DNA of 64,000 nucleotides, counting the filler, from Circinaria calcarea (Eukaryota): the NCBI GenBank assembly GCA_051942165.1. It is 31 parts of 31 records of this genome, joined end to end, with 100 filler letters (N's around TTAATTAATTAA, not from the genome) between each part and the next. Parts side by side here need not be neighbours in the genome. Positions count along the whole stretch, not along the records: positions 1 to 1,985 come from JAVECS010004013.1; positions 2,086 to 4,069 come from JAVECS010004014.1; positions 4,170 to 6,153 come from JAVECS010004015.1; positions 6,254 to 8,237 come from JAVECS010004016.1; positions 8,338 to 10,321 come from JAVECS010004017.1; positions 10,422 to 12,404 come from JAVECS010004018.1; positions 12,505 to 14,485 come from JAVECS010004019.1; 24 more parts are not named here. The stretch is one strand, 5' to 3'. Within the stretch, counting starts at the first letter, position 1, and each line of letters opens with the position of its first letter. Of the stretch, positions 1 to 12,506 are shown piece by piece. Both the position numbers and the translations under genes were made by a program. The notes below the pieces were generated by a model. The model made no database searches and was not told where the DNA came from. It saw only the letters and a list, made by a program, of their open reading frames with translations.

Positions 1-1424
1 AGGTTAAGGACGGGGATGGGGGGAGAGGAGGATAGTGAGGATGCGGAGAGAGGTGCACTCGAGTGGAGTAAGGGAGAGAGGGAGGAAAGGGGGTGAAGGG
101 GTAATTCGATAACCCCCCTTGAGGCGCGGTAGAAGACACCGGGAGATTGGGAAGGTAAGGAAGGGATCAGGCTGTTTTTTTGTTTTTTTTTGGTGGCGGG
201 AAGAAAGGGAAAAAAAAAAAGGGGGGGGAGGAGAGGGGGAATATTCTAAGAACCGGTTCTGGGCAGGACTTAGGAGGAGGAGGGAGTCTTGTAAGTGTTT
301 GAATAAGCTGAAGATGCACGAATCTAATCTCTACACGCGGGGTGGAAAAGATACGGGCTGGGTGTTGTCATCATACAAACACAGCCAAAGTTCGGGAGAG
401 AGAGAGCAAAGGATTGAACGTGCATTTGTCCGTTACCAATGCTGAATGACCTTGACTTCCAACCGCTCCGACCAGGAACCGAAGCTGGAAAGCATAAACG
501 GGCCCCCCTTTTCCGCTCGCATCTTCCAGAGATACAAGTTACGCAAGTCACGCAAGTGGTTAAAATAAAACCTCGGAGATGAGGAAAACCTTGGGTGCTG
601 ACTTTTTTTCTCACCGAAGGAGGAGACTCCAACCCTGAATCCGAAACATCTTATCATGGCTAAAGAAAGGCTCCCCGCAGCCTCGAAACCTCCCCCCCCC
701 CCCTTTGACACCGAATCTTGCAAGACTTCACCGAGGGGGACCGGGTTGCTTTCTGGAGATGTCGGAGGGAAACCGCTGGAGGCGAGAGAGTGACATGGTG
801 GTGTGCTGGTATGATGGTGGAAAGATTCCAGAATCGCGGTGAAGAGATATTCTGAACTGGAGCGGAGCGGAGCTTGGTAGGTCCACAGATACACTGGAAA
901 GATATCAATAGTGATAAGAGGCGTTGATCTGCTTATCAAGGCTGAAGGAACGGGTGGGGGTGTCTGGGGGATGAAGGTTTTTGCTGTAGATAGGAGAGTA
1001 CTGCTGGTATGAAGAGACAGTCGTCGATGCTTCGCTTTAGGCTTTGCGGGCGTCGAGTGTGGGGAAGTCGAGGGGCTGTAAGTGTGACGGAAAAAAGGTG
1101 GGATTATCGCCCCTGGCGATTGCGGTGTCTCTGTGTGAGTTGTCTTAACATGCCGTCTGTGCAATCGGGGGCATAATATCTTGAGAGTGAAAAGATATTC
1201 TGATATAAACAAAGAAATAAGAGTAGCTAGATATCTCGACTTACTGCGGTTCTACGAAGAGTCTGCATCTAAGACTGGCGTAGTATAAACGGCCGATCAC
1301 CATGGGAGAAGGTCATAAGGTAGGACCACCATCTAGAATGCAAGTCTTTAAAAGCGCCTGCTCAGATGCAGAGGGTATGGCGAAGAAAAATTAAATCTAT
1401 AATAAGAGAGAGAAATGAACATAT

Positions 1425-1985
1425 CTACCCGCTACTGTAACCTTGCATGTATTCTCGCTGATATGACGCATATTCGTCCAACAACCCCATGTCCCTCTTC
1501 CCATGGAGTGCAGATGAAAGCGGAACAAATATGCATTCCATTGTCGCCTTCCTCAAGCGCGCAATCACCGACGTATCTTTCATGCACTGGTAGTCGGCAC
1601 ATTCGCAGTCTGCCTGCGTGCGACAAGTCGTGCCGCAAATCTGCTGAACGTTGGTGTTTACATCGCCTGGCTCCTGCGGCAGAGTGGATGGGTTCTGAGG
1701 ATCTGGCGTGGCTGGTGGTGCCGTCGGGTTCTCCGTCACCAAAGGATTGTTAGAACATTGAAGATTGCTACCCTGTTTCGCAGGACAGCTGTTCTTGTCA
1801 CAGATCGGACAGCGGTACTTAACATTCAGGATCCGCTCAAAGGGAGATGCTGGGGCGAACAGGTAAATGCTGAGACCATGACGCGTCCCAAACCGCCGCA
1901 GCGATCCTCCCATGTGCCTATGTCCGGTGCAATATTGCCACAGGTCCGCAGCGTTTGACCAGATGTTCCGCCATGTATCCGTATC
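1425..1985 (-). CDS. 5'-truncated cysteine-rich protein, possibly secreted
   Basis: Frame is open from the contig edge (DTDTWRNIWSNAADLWQYC..GG..G..LSIYLF) to the stop; Cys cluster CGTTCRTQADCECADYQC; KR dibasic site before the C-terminal peptide. Confidence 0.55.
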   Translation of the reverse strand, partial: DTDTWRNIWSNAADLWQYCTGHRHMGGSLRRFGTRHGLSIYLFAPASPFERILNVKYRCPICDKNSCPAKQGSNLQCSNNPLVTENPTAPPATPDPQNPSTLPQEPGDVNTNVQQICGTTCRTQADCECADYQCMKDTSVIARLRKATMECIFVPLSSALHGKRDMGLLDEYASYQREYMQGYSSG

Positions 1986-2085
1986 NNNNNNNNNNNNNNN
2001 NNNNNNNNNNNNNNNNNNNNNNNNNNNNNTTAATTAATTAANNNNNNNNNNNNNNNNNNNNNNNNNNNNNNNNNNNNNNNNNNNN
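1986..2085. other. Artificial contig linker N44-TTAATTAATTAA-N44 (first of 30, about every 2.07 kb; last at 62062-62161)
   Basis: Identical 100-nt spacer with stops in six frames; contig lengths fall from about 1985 to 1959 nt. Confidence 0.99.
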
Positions 2086-2324
2086 AACGGAATCAAAAAT
2101 CCCGCAGGAGGAAAAAATCCCCTAGCTACCCCCCCCCTCCCCCTTTGCGCTTGCCAAAAAACTCACGGACACCCAAAAAAATCGCCGACCGTAACTGCAG
2201 AGACCCTCACAAACTTAGGGGGGGGCTAGAATTAGGTGTCCGCGTTTTTTTTTTGGCAAGCGCAAAGGGGGAGGGGGGAGGTAGCTAGGGGATTTTTTCC
2301 TCCTGCGGGATTTTTGATTCCGTT
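2086..2324. repeat. Long inverted repeat (arms about 88 bp, spacer about 60 bp)
   Basis: 2086-2173 (aacggaatcaaaaatcccgcagg...ggacacc) is a near-perfect reverse complement of 2235-2324. Confidence 0.9.
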
Positions 2325-4214
2325 CCATTTCCTTCCGTTTTTCTCCGTTTTCCTCCGTTTTTCTCAACCGCACGCAAATTCTTCCCTCTATATGTCCCAA
2401 TTCAGTTTACGTTACGCTACGCTACGCGATCGAACGGCCCTATTTCTCGTGCCTAAAAGATTCGGGGGGGTTATCGGTTACCCGGTTCGTGAGTAAGTTG
2501 AGTGAAGTTGAGTTGGATGTTTTGACCTTTGTTTTGCAAGATGCAAACGCGGGTGCGAATACTATGAGAAAAGAAGAAGGGGGAGGGGGGGTTTGGTATT
2601 ATAGATAGGAAGAAAGGGAGCTATTGGGATTTCTGTTGGACTTTTGGGCCGGGAAAAGTTTCGTAGAGGAACATATAGTACGTATATGCCTGGACTACGG
2701 TACGGGCGATTTACGAAAAATTGCCCATGTGATGTTTATCGTTGGGTACTTGCTCTGGGAAAATAAATTGGGGGCAGTTTGCAACCAAAAGCTACAGGAT
2801 TACCAGTAGTGGGGTATGTTTGACTATTTCGGAAAATTCCATTGGGAGTTCTTTTGTCAAACGGGTTTCTTCGCCTTCGCTGGAGCCAAATGGTTCATCT
2901 CCCTCTCTGTCTATCTCTCTCTCGGTCGGAGGGGGGGAGTTTCCGGCGCCCCTCCAAACATCGGATACACGGCAAATCTCCTAATCCGATCCTGCTTTTT
3001 CGGTTTTATTTCCGGTGTCGATTGGTTTTTTACCCGGATATATCCCCATCGTGCTTGTGTCCCCCTCCCCCCATCCCCCCCTCGATTTCGCAGCTTTGGA
3101 TGTAAATTCCAGTTCCCCCACTGCTTGCAGTCGGTTGCTTCCGTAATCATTTTTCCGTCCGCGAAAGAGGAGGGGGGGAAGGGGAACTCCCCGAGCCAAA
3201 AAGCGCATCTTCATCTTCTTTTTCGGGGCAGGCTTGGGCCAGTTTGGATATTTTGGGCCGTTTCATCGTCTTCGTCTCGGTATCTTCTGTTGAAGGCTTT
3301 AAATACATGGGCACCCGGTTCCCGTTCCCATTCAATGTCCGGGAAATCTGGTCAGCCAAAAGACCGGGGGGGGGGGGGGGAAGTTTCTAGGTAAGGTTTC
3401 GTTATTTTGTCATCACTGGCCGTTTTAATGAAAAGTACCTGTATACCAGGTCCCAAATTGTTACTAGCTTCTCTATTCCAGGTCAAGGCATATATGCCAG
3501 CACCGCTCCCGGCAACCATTGTATTTATAGAAGCGGCCGATCACGTGGATTTCTCAAATCGTTTGCTGTAGGTTGCGGGTTACGTTCCGCTTGGTAACCC
3601 GAGGCCCGCCCATACTCTAATTCTCGCTCAGCTGGATTTCGGTGCGCTGGCGGGTTGTAAATCGACGAAAAAGTCTTAATCGTCTGCGGAAATCTGGCCC
3701 CCCTTTGGAGCAATGTTACCGGTATTTAGTCATTGTGTATTTTATAATTTCACGCGAGAACATATATTATTCACGGAAAATGTGCCCATGTTTCTTTCCC
3801 CCATGGTTAAAAAAGTCTCCTTTCCCTTGGTCCCCCATTCCCTCCCAGCCGTAGCTTTTCACGAAGCCACGCATTTTTCGCTTCCCTCTTTAGCTTTTTG
3901 CGTCGAAAAGTTTCGGCCTAGCTCCTAGCTTTGTTCCACGGGCCTTTGCAAGATGGTTGTTCGTCCCTTCACTGATGACCCTCCGGTACCAAATGACTAT
4001 CCTTGGTTTCAAACGAGCAAAAGCGAGTAAACATGGCGAAAAAGGATTTGCGTAGTGTTGGAAAGGGGGNNNNNNNNNNNNNNNNNNNNNNNNNNNNNNN
4101 NNNNNNNNNNNNNTTAATTAATTAANNNNNNNNNNNNNNNNNNNNNNNNNNNNNNNNNNNNNNNNNNNNGGAATAAGAGCAGTGAAGAGCAAATTGCGGC
4201 TCCCTAAGTTGGAC

Positions 4215-5030
4215 TTACAATATACCTACGCAAAAGAGAAGCATCAAGCCGATCTTACGGCCTACCGTCAATTGCAGCCTGAATAAGATTACAGCCGGTA
4301 GTAACAAAATCATGATGTCCGCCGACACACTGACGAATTTGGAACGGTCTGTGCAGCGATGCTTGGATTACAATTCCCCTTGATGGTAAGATTCCAGGAT
4401 CTAGTAACCGGTACAGATGCGAGTACACCGAGGAGTAGAATAGCTATGGGCCAGGCTGTTACGAGCGCCACAGCACACCAGAGGGCGATGCGGAAGACTC
4501 GATCGATGGTGATGAAGGCCCTCCGATAGAGAAGCCAAATGGATATCTTAATAGTGAAGCAGGCCAGAACGTAGACTATATTGGTAGCCCATAGGGTTTA
4601 AGTCTTCCATGGTCAGACTCAGGCTGCAGTCTCTCGAGATCCCGAGGAAGAAATCACCTTGAGCATCGGAACAATATTTAGGGGACCAACAGCCCACATA
4701 TGCTTCCCAAAACCATGTTCCGCACCTAATATCCATGTTAGTGCATTCTCCCGCAGAGCAGAGAGACGATATGGACATGAATTACTTAGAATGTTGCAAA
4801 TGCGTACCCCAGTGATTGCAAATGTATATGACTTTGGTAAGTCTGCCAGTTCGAGTATTTGAGGATGTAAGGTCTTACCAATGCCGGTATCATGAAGAAG
4901 TCATCTGCTCTCAGAGGTAACTTCTGGATACACTGTGTATAAAAATGCCTGCCTTTGTAATAGCATCAATGCTGATCAACGTCCCACTGATGCTAATAAG
5001 CCTTGGGCCCCGAGGATCATGAATATGGTG
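4215..5030 (-). pseudogene. PTH11-like (fungal rhodopsin-domain) integral membrane protein, apparently frameshifted
   Basis: Spliced fragments QKLPLRADDFFMIPAL, HGFGKHMW, YVLACFTIKISIWLLYRRAF and ADIMILLLP..LFRLQL..GRKIGLMLLF..GI. Joining them needs frame changes near 4950 and 4330-4380. Confidence 0.7.
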
Positions 5031-6253
5031 GAGCTGGATAGGGGCTCAATGGGTGGGCACTAGGTTTTGACGCCCATGGTGGGAGGTTACTTGGATTCAC
5101 TCTCTGAATGGGCAGAGGCTCGACGTATCTGCATGTCCCACATGCAGAGCACGGGATGCCGGAAGGCGGAGTTGTTCGCGGTTGTATCAGTGGAGAACAG
5201 CGGAGGCGGGTGTAAAAGGACGATGACCAGGGGAGCGGCGAGGACAGATAAGCAGCGGCCGTGTTAAGATGCGTTAAGTCTATTCCGATCAAAGCAAAAA
5301 ACACGCGGGCTGAATGGTATGAAGACGGTCAGAGAGTTGTAGCTACATAGCTCACCGACCTAACAGCTTCGGAGTTTTCTTTGATCCTCCGATGCAGGAA
5401 GTATTGATCACTGTCGCTAGGGACCCCATCTTGACCATCTGTGGGTCGTGGCGAGACTGAACAGTAGCGTCCAGAGGATAGGCTCCGATACAAGCAGTAA
5501 ATGTTATGACCGGCTAAGTTAATTGCACGGAGCGAGTGGTATGGCGCCAAGGGTTAAAGGGAGACCAGGGGCGTAGCTTGACAAACGCTTCAGGGTATAG
5601 ATCTAGACGCGTGTCAAGATGGTTGGAATCGGTGTATTTCTAGAATGCCAGCTTCATGCTAAACAATGCTAGAACGAAGCATTCCCCTAGAAGAAGTTCC
5701 GCCAGTGGTAGCGTGTTGACCATATGTAGGGTTATGCTCAAAGTAGAATGGCCGTTGAAGCATACCCACTGCTAATCGCATTGTAGGCCGCAATGCCGTA
5801 GTTAGCGCATATGAAACCTTTAACCACCAGGAGTGTTGAACAGAGATGGCGAGAGTCATGGAGTACACGCTGTCAGCATGAACTTCCTTCGAGTTTAAAG
5901 GGACCACCAATGGTGACATGAGGATAAAGTATGAACAGGATATAGATGATGGAAGCTATATGTGAGCTCTTCCAAAAACAACCCAAGCCGACGCTCACGG
6001 TTGCCTCCCCTGAAGCACCGCCTAGACTTTGCCGGTGGCAGTGTGGTATCGGCGGAAGTCAGTCTCGGAGGCGTCTTCAATTGAATGATGGATACTATTC
6101 ACATTTCTCAAGCATTGTAATGGAACCGGAGCGAGAAGAAAGAGCATATAAAANNNNNNNNNNNNNNNNNNNNNNNNNNNNNNNNNNNNNNNNNNNNTTA
6201 ATTAATTAANNNNNNNNNNNNNNNNNNNNNNNNNNNNNNNNNNNNNNNNNNNN

Positions 6254-6403
6254 ATCAAATGCGGTAAGAAAGTCCCGCTGCTGAAGATTCTGAGCGGTGG
6301 GAAAGTAGAAGTGGTAGATGGTATCGTCAGGATCAACATCGTATCGAAGACGAGAGCGGGGGAGTGGATCGAAGCGGTCAAGAAGCGGAAGGGCGTGCCA
6401 TGA
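6254..6403 (+). CDS. CNS1: C-terminus of Cns1/TTC4-like Hsp70/Hsp90 co-chaperone (partial)
   Basis: IKCGKKVPLLKILSGGKVEVVDGIVRINIVSKTRAGEWIEAVKKRKGVP* resembles the fungal Cns1 C-terminus. Confidence 0.6.
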   Translation: MKCGKKVPLLKILSGGKVEVVDGIVRINIVSKTRAGEWIEAVKKRKGVP

Positions 6404-7650
6404 ACCGAGTCCATCACAGACTTGCAATATTAAGGGAAGAGGAAATGCCTTCTTCTTCTCTCTCTTCAAACCAACTCCAGCCTCTTTCTTCCTTCCCCAA
6501 GTTCAAATTTCTCAAACCCTTGTTTCCCAAGCCACGGCTCAAAAGAAGAAACAGGTACCATTTACAAAGGTGGTCCGGAGCTGAAGGAACAAGGAAGCCG
6601 GAACCCCTTTCTTCCCTCCTCCTCCTTCCAAGCTGCGACGCTACGAGTGTTTACGTCACGAACGGGAACATTCGCGGATAAAAAAACGGACAAAAGGTAC
6701 AGCAGACCCCGGTTCCCCCATCGTCTATTCACAAAAACCAGTTTGTGAGGGGAAGAGGGGAAAAAAAAAGAGGAGGACGCTCGAAGAAAATCCACCAACC
6801 CAACCCCAATCCTAATCCTATGCTATTCTATTCCTCCCACCGAAACCTAACCGAAAACCAACCGAAAACCAACCGCTATCCTTTTTCAAAACTCCTCCCT
6901 TCTTCTCCCCGAATTAACAAAATTTACTCTTTCCCCCCCCCCCCCCCCCCAAAAACCAAAAAAAATACAAAAAGACAAGACAAGACGAACAAAGGAAGGA
7001 GTGCTGAGTAACCAGAGTCCTCGTGTACCCCGTGTCAAGTGAACCCCGTGTCAAGCGAACCCCGTGTCAAATCCCAAATCCCAACTGCCACTACGACGGC
7101 AACCCCAACCTCAACCGCAACGGTATCTATCAATCAACCGGGTAAACAAAGCAAAGCATGGAATGGAATGGGTATGGGTGAAAAGTCTCTTTCTCTTTCT
7201 TTTCCTTTCTCTTTTCTTTTCTAGGTTAGGCTCACATTTTGGAATATGGAATATGGAATATGGAATATCAGTGGGGTGTTTCAGTGGGTGAGTGAATCGG
7301 ATCGGAGCGGACATCTCAGCTTTAATCTTTTCTCTCCTCCCTCCCATGGGGGCGGGATAAGGAGTAGAGGGGGTGAGGGAAAGGAAAAAGGAAAAAGGAA
7401 AAAGTGTGGACTATGGACGAGAGATGTACGCGGTTTGCTAAAAAGGATTTGTTGTTCTTGGGAGGAGCTATTGGATATCGGACACAGCCCAAGAATGAGC
7501 GCACATAATTCCCCCCCCCCTTCTCCTCGCCCTTATCTTCTCCTTCTCCTTCCCTTTCCTAATTGCCTCACCCCCCTTTTTCTATATTACCCCCCCCCAA
7601 CCCGGGCACCTCCTATACCTTCCCATTCCCTCCTTAAAGCTACTGATCCC

Positions 7651-8237
7651 TTAACCTCTATACAACCCCCTCAACTCCTCATACATCCTCCCCAGCGCTC
7701 TCATACCTTCTTCCCCAATCGTATTCCCCGGCACCGGCGGCGGGGGGTCCATAATGGCCGGCATAGCGGGGATTGCACTCGCGGGTTTGTGGGAGCGGTC
7801 GGCGATGGACGCGAGGTACGCGAGGTTGCTTTGGAGACGGCGCATGCATCTGGTGGAGTTTTAGTGTGGGATTAATGGGATCTTAGGTACGAATAAGGTG
7901 AAATGACAAAGGAGAAAAAGCAAGAAGGAAAGGAAAAATGATGGAAGAGGGGGGGAAAATTTGTATGGGTATAAAATAGAAAGATTGCCGATATACGGTA
8001 TATTGACAGCTCCGGATTCTGCCGAGGTTTAAGAAATTTATATCTAACATACTCGATATACTCCCGACTGCTGACTGGGGTTTTCACTTTCGAAGTCGAT
8101 CCATCTGTACTGCTGGCCGCATCCTTACCATCGCCGCCTTCTTTCGTCGCATCAGCATCTCCCTCCGCTCCAGCCGGTGAGGCTTGGCCTGGTGGCTGAC
8201 CTTGCTGTGCTGGCGTTTGAGCTGGCCCACCTGCTCG
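7651..8237 (-). CDS. C-terminal exons of a conserved fungal hypothetical protein (SS18/SSXT-like motif)
   Basis: ...SREYIE|CMRRLQSNLAYLASIADRSHKP...; GT-AG intron 7850-8052 keeps the frame. Confidence 0.6.
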
Positions 8238-8337
8238 NNNNNNNNNNNNNNNNNNNNNNNNNNNNNNNNNNNNNNNNNNNNTTAATTAATTAANNNNNNN
8301 NNNNNNNNNNNNNNNNNNNNNNNNNNNNNNNNNNNNN

Positions 8338-9058
8338 CTTTCTTCTCACCCCATCCAGCAATTGTTCCTATCTCCTCTGGCCTAGCGTTGATGGCGGCCC
8401 TGACGCTACCAAATGCGGACACAAGCCCGACCGCATCTGTCTTGTTGATGCTTCTTGGCACCGTGATGAACTCCACCAACTTCTCGGCATAGCTGCTGGA
8501 TTGATGAGCTCGAATAGAGGTCGGGGACGCATGCTCATAAGATTTGTAGAGCTCGAGATAGCGGCCTGCTTCCTGGGCAGACCAGCAAAGGATTAGGGTG
8601 AGATTGTTGATTAATGACGTCTTCGAAAGTTCCTTTAGTGATTCTTCGTGGTTTTGGATGTCAACCATAGTCAACAGTATCCGCAGATTATATTTGCCTT
8701 GCAATGCTCGGATTCGGGAATAGACATACTCAGGGTGTAGACGGTGATATTTCAGACTAAGGAAGAGGGCGCATGTGGTATTCCCCAGAACATAATCGGA
8801 AGGGATATCCGAGTACTCCCATGGCAGAGAGCGAATATTATTCAAGATAGGGTTGCCCTTCTGTCGCGGAGATACTAGGATGGAGGAGGGTGCGGTACGA
8901 TTAGGGAGAGCTTGAGGTTTAGGCTGTTGAACTTTTGGGGTTGTCGTACTTGCATTAAGAGTAGTGGTTGTGGAAGAGGTGGGCCGGGGAGCGTAATTTC
9001 GTTCTACAGCTTCAACAGCGGCGGTGAAGTCGGTGTCGTCACCAAAATCATCGTCCAT
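8338..9058 (-). CDS. RAD10: DNA excision repair protein Rad10/ERCC1/Swi10 (3'-truncated)
   Basis: SILVSPRQKGNPIL, CALFLSLKYHRLHPEY, EAGRYLE and HhH region INKTDA..L...FGS. Confidence 0.95.
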
Positions 9059-9597
9059 TGCTAGTGAATTGAAGGGGGGGGTGTCGTCAAGATCCAAGAG
9101 CAAAGAGACACAAACCGATGATGCCAAACTACAGATAAGCGTATTTTAACCCATTGTTTTTGGAGAGTGGGGGGACCTCAACTCCCCGTTCTGAAATGTA
9201 CTTTCACCCGGCGAACAAGTCACCCCCTTTCGCTTTTCTTTTCATCTTACCGACCGGGAAAAGAAAAACCCGGTGGCCGGAGATCTAGCGCGCTTAGGTC
9301 CAGAACCCGAGGTTGACCGTCGTTGATAATGCAACCCTCTCTGGCCTTTGATAACGTTTCATGAAATTATATCCAGCCAAAGAATGTGTAGATAAAGATA
9401 ATGGGGGCAACCACCTGCAATGCATGGTTGCCACACCATATGCTTCATATCATCTCACCTTCCTTTTTCCTTTCATCCCCTGTATGTGGCTGGGTAGATG
9501 AGCAGTTCATGCGTTCAGTATATACCTTGAGTGCCGTCGTACAAGTATGATTTCCATGTCTCATTTCTTGTTATCGGAAGTCTAGAAGCCCCCGAAA

Positions 9598-10321
9598 ATG
9601 TCATCTCAAACAAAGAGTCCCCTGGTGTACCTTCGCTGCAGTTTATTTAACTTTAACTTTTACCGTTTGCATCTTTCTTATTTCATTCTGATAATCCTGA
9701 TATCGTCTGTTGTTTTCTATGGGAGCGGTCGAGCTGATAATACTAACGACATTAATGGCCAACCCTTGGCCTATATTGACGCGTTATTTCTCTGTGCAAG
9801 TGCCATGACTGCCACAGGTAAGATGGTAGCTTTGAGAAGGCGGACACTACCTACTCTAACTATCGAATCAGGCTTAAATACTGTCAACCTTGGCGCATTC
9901 ACTGCTTTTCAACAGTCGATCCTCCTGGTCCTGATATTGCTGGGCAATATTGTATTTGTCTCTTTTGCTACCGTTCTTATCCGACAGCACATGTACAGGA
10001 GGAAACTAGCGGGCATCTTACAACACACGAGAAAGAGTCGCCGAATCGAAGACGACATCAATTTTCAGGAGCATGGGCAAGCTGCGAATGAAAACCCATC
10101 CGCTTCGGTGGGTAACTCACCTGAGAAGGAGATAGGAGCCAGTATCGAAGGATCAGGACATTCACGGTCTCATTATGTCTACAAACGTCACCCGGGAACC
10201 CCGGCACCGCCGTACAGTCCTTCGATTCCCAGAATGAGGCATTATGAGATAGGTTTTGGTGGAATACCTGCCCCTTGGGAATCAGCCTTTGTCCAGAAGC
10301 TCTTTACAAGGCCCTTTAAGC
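9598..10321 (+). CDS. Trk-family potassium transporter, N-terminal part
   Basis: NFYRLHLSYF, YIDALFLCASAMTATG|LNTVNL, FQQSIL; in-frame 54-nt intron 9818-9871. Confidence 0.88.
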
Positions 10322-10421
10322 NNNNNNNNNNNNNNNNNNNNNNNNNNNNNNNNNNNNNNNNNNNNTTAATTAATTAANNNNNNNNNNNNNNNNNNNNNNN
10401 NNNNNNNNNNNNNNNNNNNNN

Positions 10422-11442
10422 TAACTCATCTCGTCAAGTGCTAGTAGGATAACGTCATTGTGTAGCAGTATGTGACTAAGTTCCGTCTCTTTTCGATGCT
10501 CGATCACATCAATCAAGCCGCTTTCACGGAAAGTTTTCGAGAGATCGGCGACCCATCTAGGGAATTTAGAATCTGCAAGTAGAAGCATTGGATTAAAAAG
10601 GGGATTTCTCACGTTGGATGCATACGGGCATCTTTCTGCCCAGTCGTAGCATTGATTGCGACTGCCAGGTTTTCAGAAGAGTTGGATGGTTGGGCGTGGA
10701 CGATGCTACAAACAAGTCTAGACTGCGGTCTCGCGACAGACTGTGAAAGTTTGAGCTACTCACTATCTAGAAGCAAGGTCGTATTCACCCCATTGGATAT
10801 AGCCTCCCGGCTCTGCCGGTGTTTCCTTGGTCAGCGAATCTATGCCGTATAGGTATTTTCCACGATCCAACGGGGAATAAATCGAAATACATACTGAGCA
10901 TTCGGATAAAGTTTTTCAAGATGGGCATTGGGTCATTGTTCTGGACAACAAGAAGAAAGAGTCGAGCATGGATAACATCATACTTCCCAACAAAATCATC
11001 TGGAAGTTCTCCGAATACATCGAGTTTATACATGTTCACATTCTTAGGTAACCACTCTTTCGGTGGAGATTGGGAGAGGTCGATGTCAAAGCCATCCAGC
11101 TGAGCAGAGGATGACAGATCTCTGGCTAACTCGAGAAGCCAAATCCTGTCTCGCCACCATTTTCATCAGCTTCTGAGCCATACATCATGCGGCGAAACAG
11201 CCGCGAAAAATAGGGAACGCATACCCTGTCCCGGTACCGACATCGGCAATTTTGATCTCTGGATTTGACGTTGGTATACTCGGGTGTAGATTGTACCCGA
11301 GCTGATCTTTCCAGAAAAAATGCTGCAAATTCAATCTGTACCGGATTAATTGAGGCGCAATATGATATGGCGGAAAGCAGCCAGACCTCGCACTCCCCTG
11401 GTAGCCTCTGACCAACATGTAATCGTCTGAGTTGCTCACCAT
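10422..11442 (-). CDS. Class I SAM-dependent methyltransferase (LaeA-like fungal family), multi-exon, 3'-truncated
   Basis: RLNLQH, KIADVGTGTG|IWL, LDGFDI, YDVIHAR, PGGYIQW motifs across GT-AG introns. Confidence 0.88.
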
Positions 11443-12007
11443 TGTCTATGCTTGAAGACTGAACAATGGCAAGTGGAAATCCGTAGAAGCAACCTTTTGA
11501 CGTCTTACCTGGACCCTTTCCGACTGCTCCTTGCTGTGGCATTGTGGACTCTGCCGTATGTAAGGGATAGGGGGATCATCGCTGATGGAAATGATGTGCA
11601 TGGTAGCCTAAGACCATCCCAATCCTACCTGGGACCCGGCCCTTTCAAACCACCACCTATCTCGACACCCTACACCAACCAGAGCGGCTTCCAGTTCGAC
11701 AGGTGCGCCAATAAGAATCCTACCTGTTGTTGATATTATGTGAATCACCTCCTGCTGTGCTTAGGAGACGCAACGGCAACGTGTGCGTCATAAGAAAGGT
11801 TTCACTAAGCATCTGACCCCTCTCCTCGTCAAGTGTACATCTCGTACCTGCTGTGCGAATACATGATTCGGCTGAAGAGGCTGCCATCAAGCTGGTGCGG
11901 CCCAGCCCATTACATATAGGTAACTGTGCAGAGTGTTCATCAATATGAGAAACCGATTCGTTATTATCATGCCTTCTGCATCTCCTTCTCGGTTTTCCTT
12001 TACTAGG

Positions 12008-12404
12008 ATGATGGCAGCTTGGGATACCACAACCTGTGCCTTATTACTTACCTCAATAATTTTCTACGCTGCAGCTTTACTTTTCCTAAGGGTTCGTCTG
12101 CCCTTTAAAATCCAGCCGCGCTCAAAAGTTTGGTTCTATGCTGGTCGGAGAAACTAACAGAGTCAGTTCATATGTATTATTATTTACCGTCTAACATGTC
12201 ATCCACTCGCAAAGTATCCAGGACCATTTCTAGGCAAGGTCACGGGTTTCTATGCTGCTTATCATGGATTCGTCGGAGATATACATCTGGATATGTGGCG
12301 GTGCCATGAAAAATATGGTGAGCCACAAGCGTTTCTGAATATTTCTGACCGATGATTGATCTTCGGTTCCTCAACAGGAAATGTCGTCCGTTATGGTCCC
12401 AACC
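12008..12404 (+). CDS. Cytochrome P450, N-terminal exons
   Basis: Hydrophobic anchor, then [19 protein letters not shown]..., [13 protein letters not shown]. Confidence 0.85.
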
Positions 12405-12506
12405 NNNNNNNNNNNNNNNNNNNNNNNNNNNNNNNNNNNNNNNNNNNNTTAATTAATTAANNNNNNNNNNNNNNNNNNNNNNNNNNNNNNNNNNNNNNNN
12501 NNNNTA

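Noticed and set aside
119..1212. ORFs 119-445, 324-632 and 433-1212
   Set aside because: Low-complexity, homopolymer-rich, overlapping frames with no recognisable motif.
2400..4069. Multiple short ORFs on contig 2
   Set aside because: Homopolymer-rich and stop-interrupted; no family recognised. May be a degenerate element, but I cannot support that.
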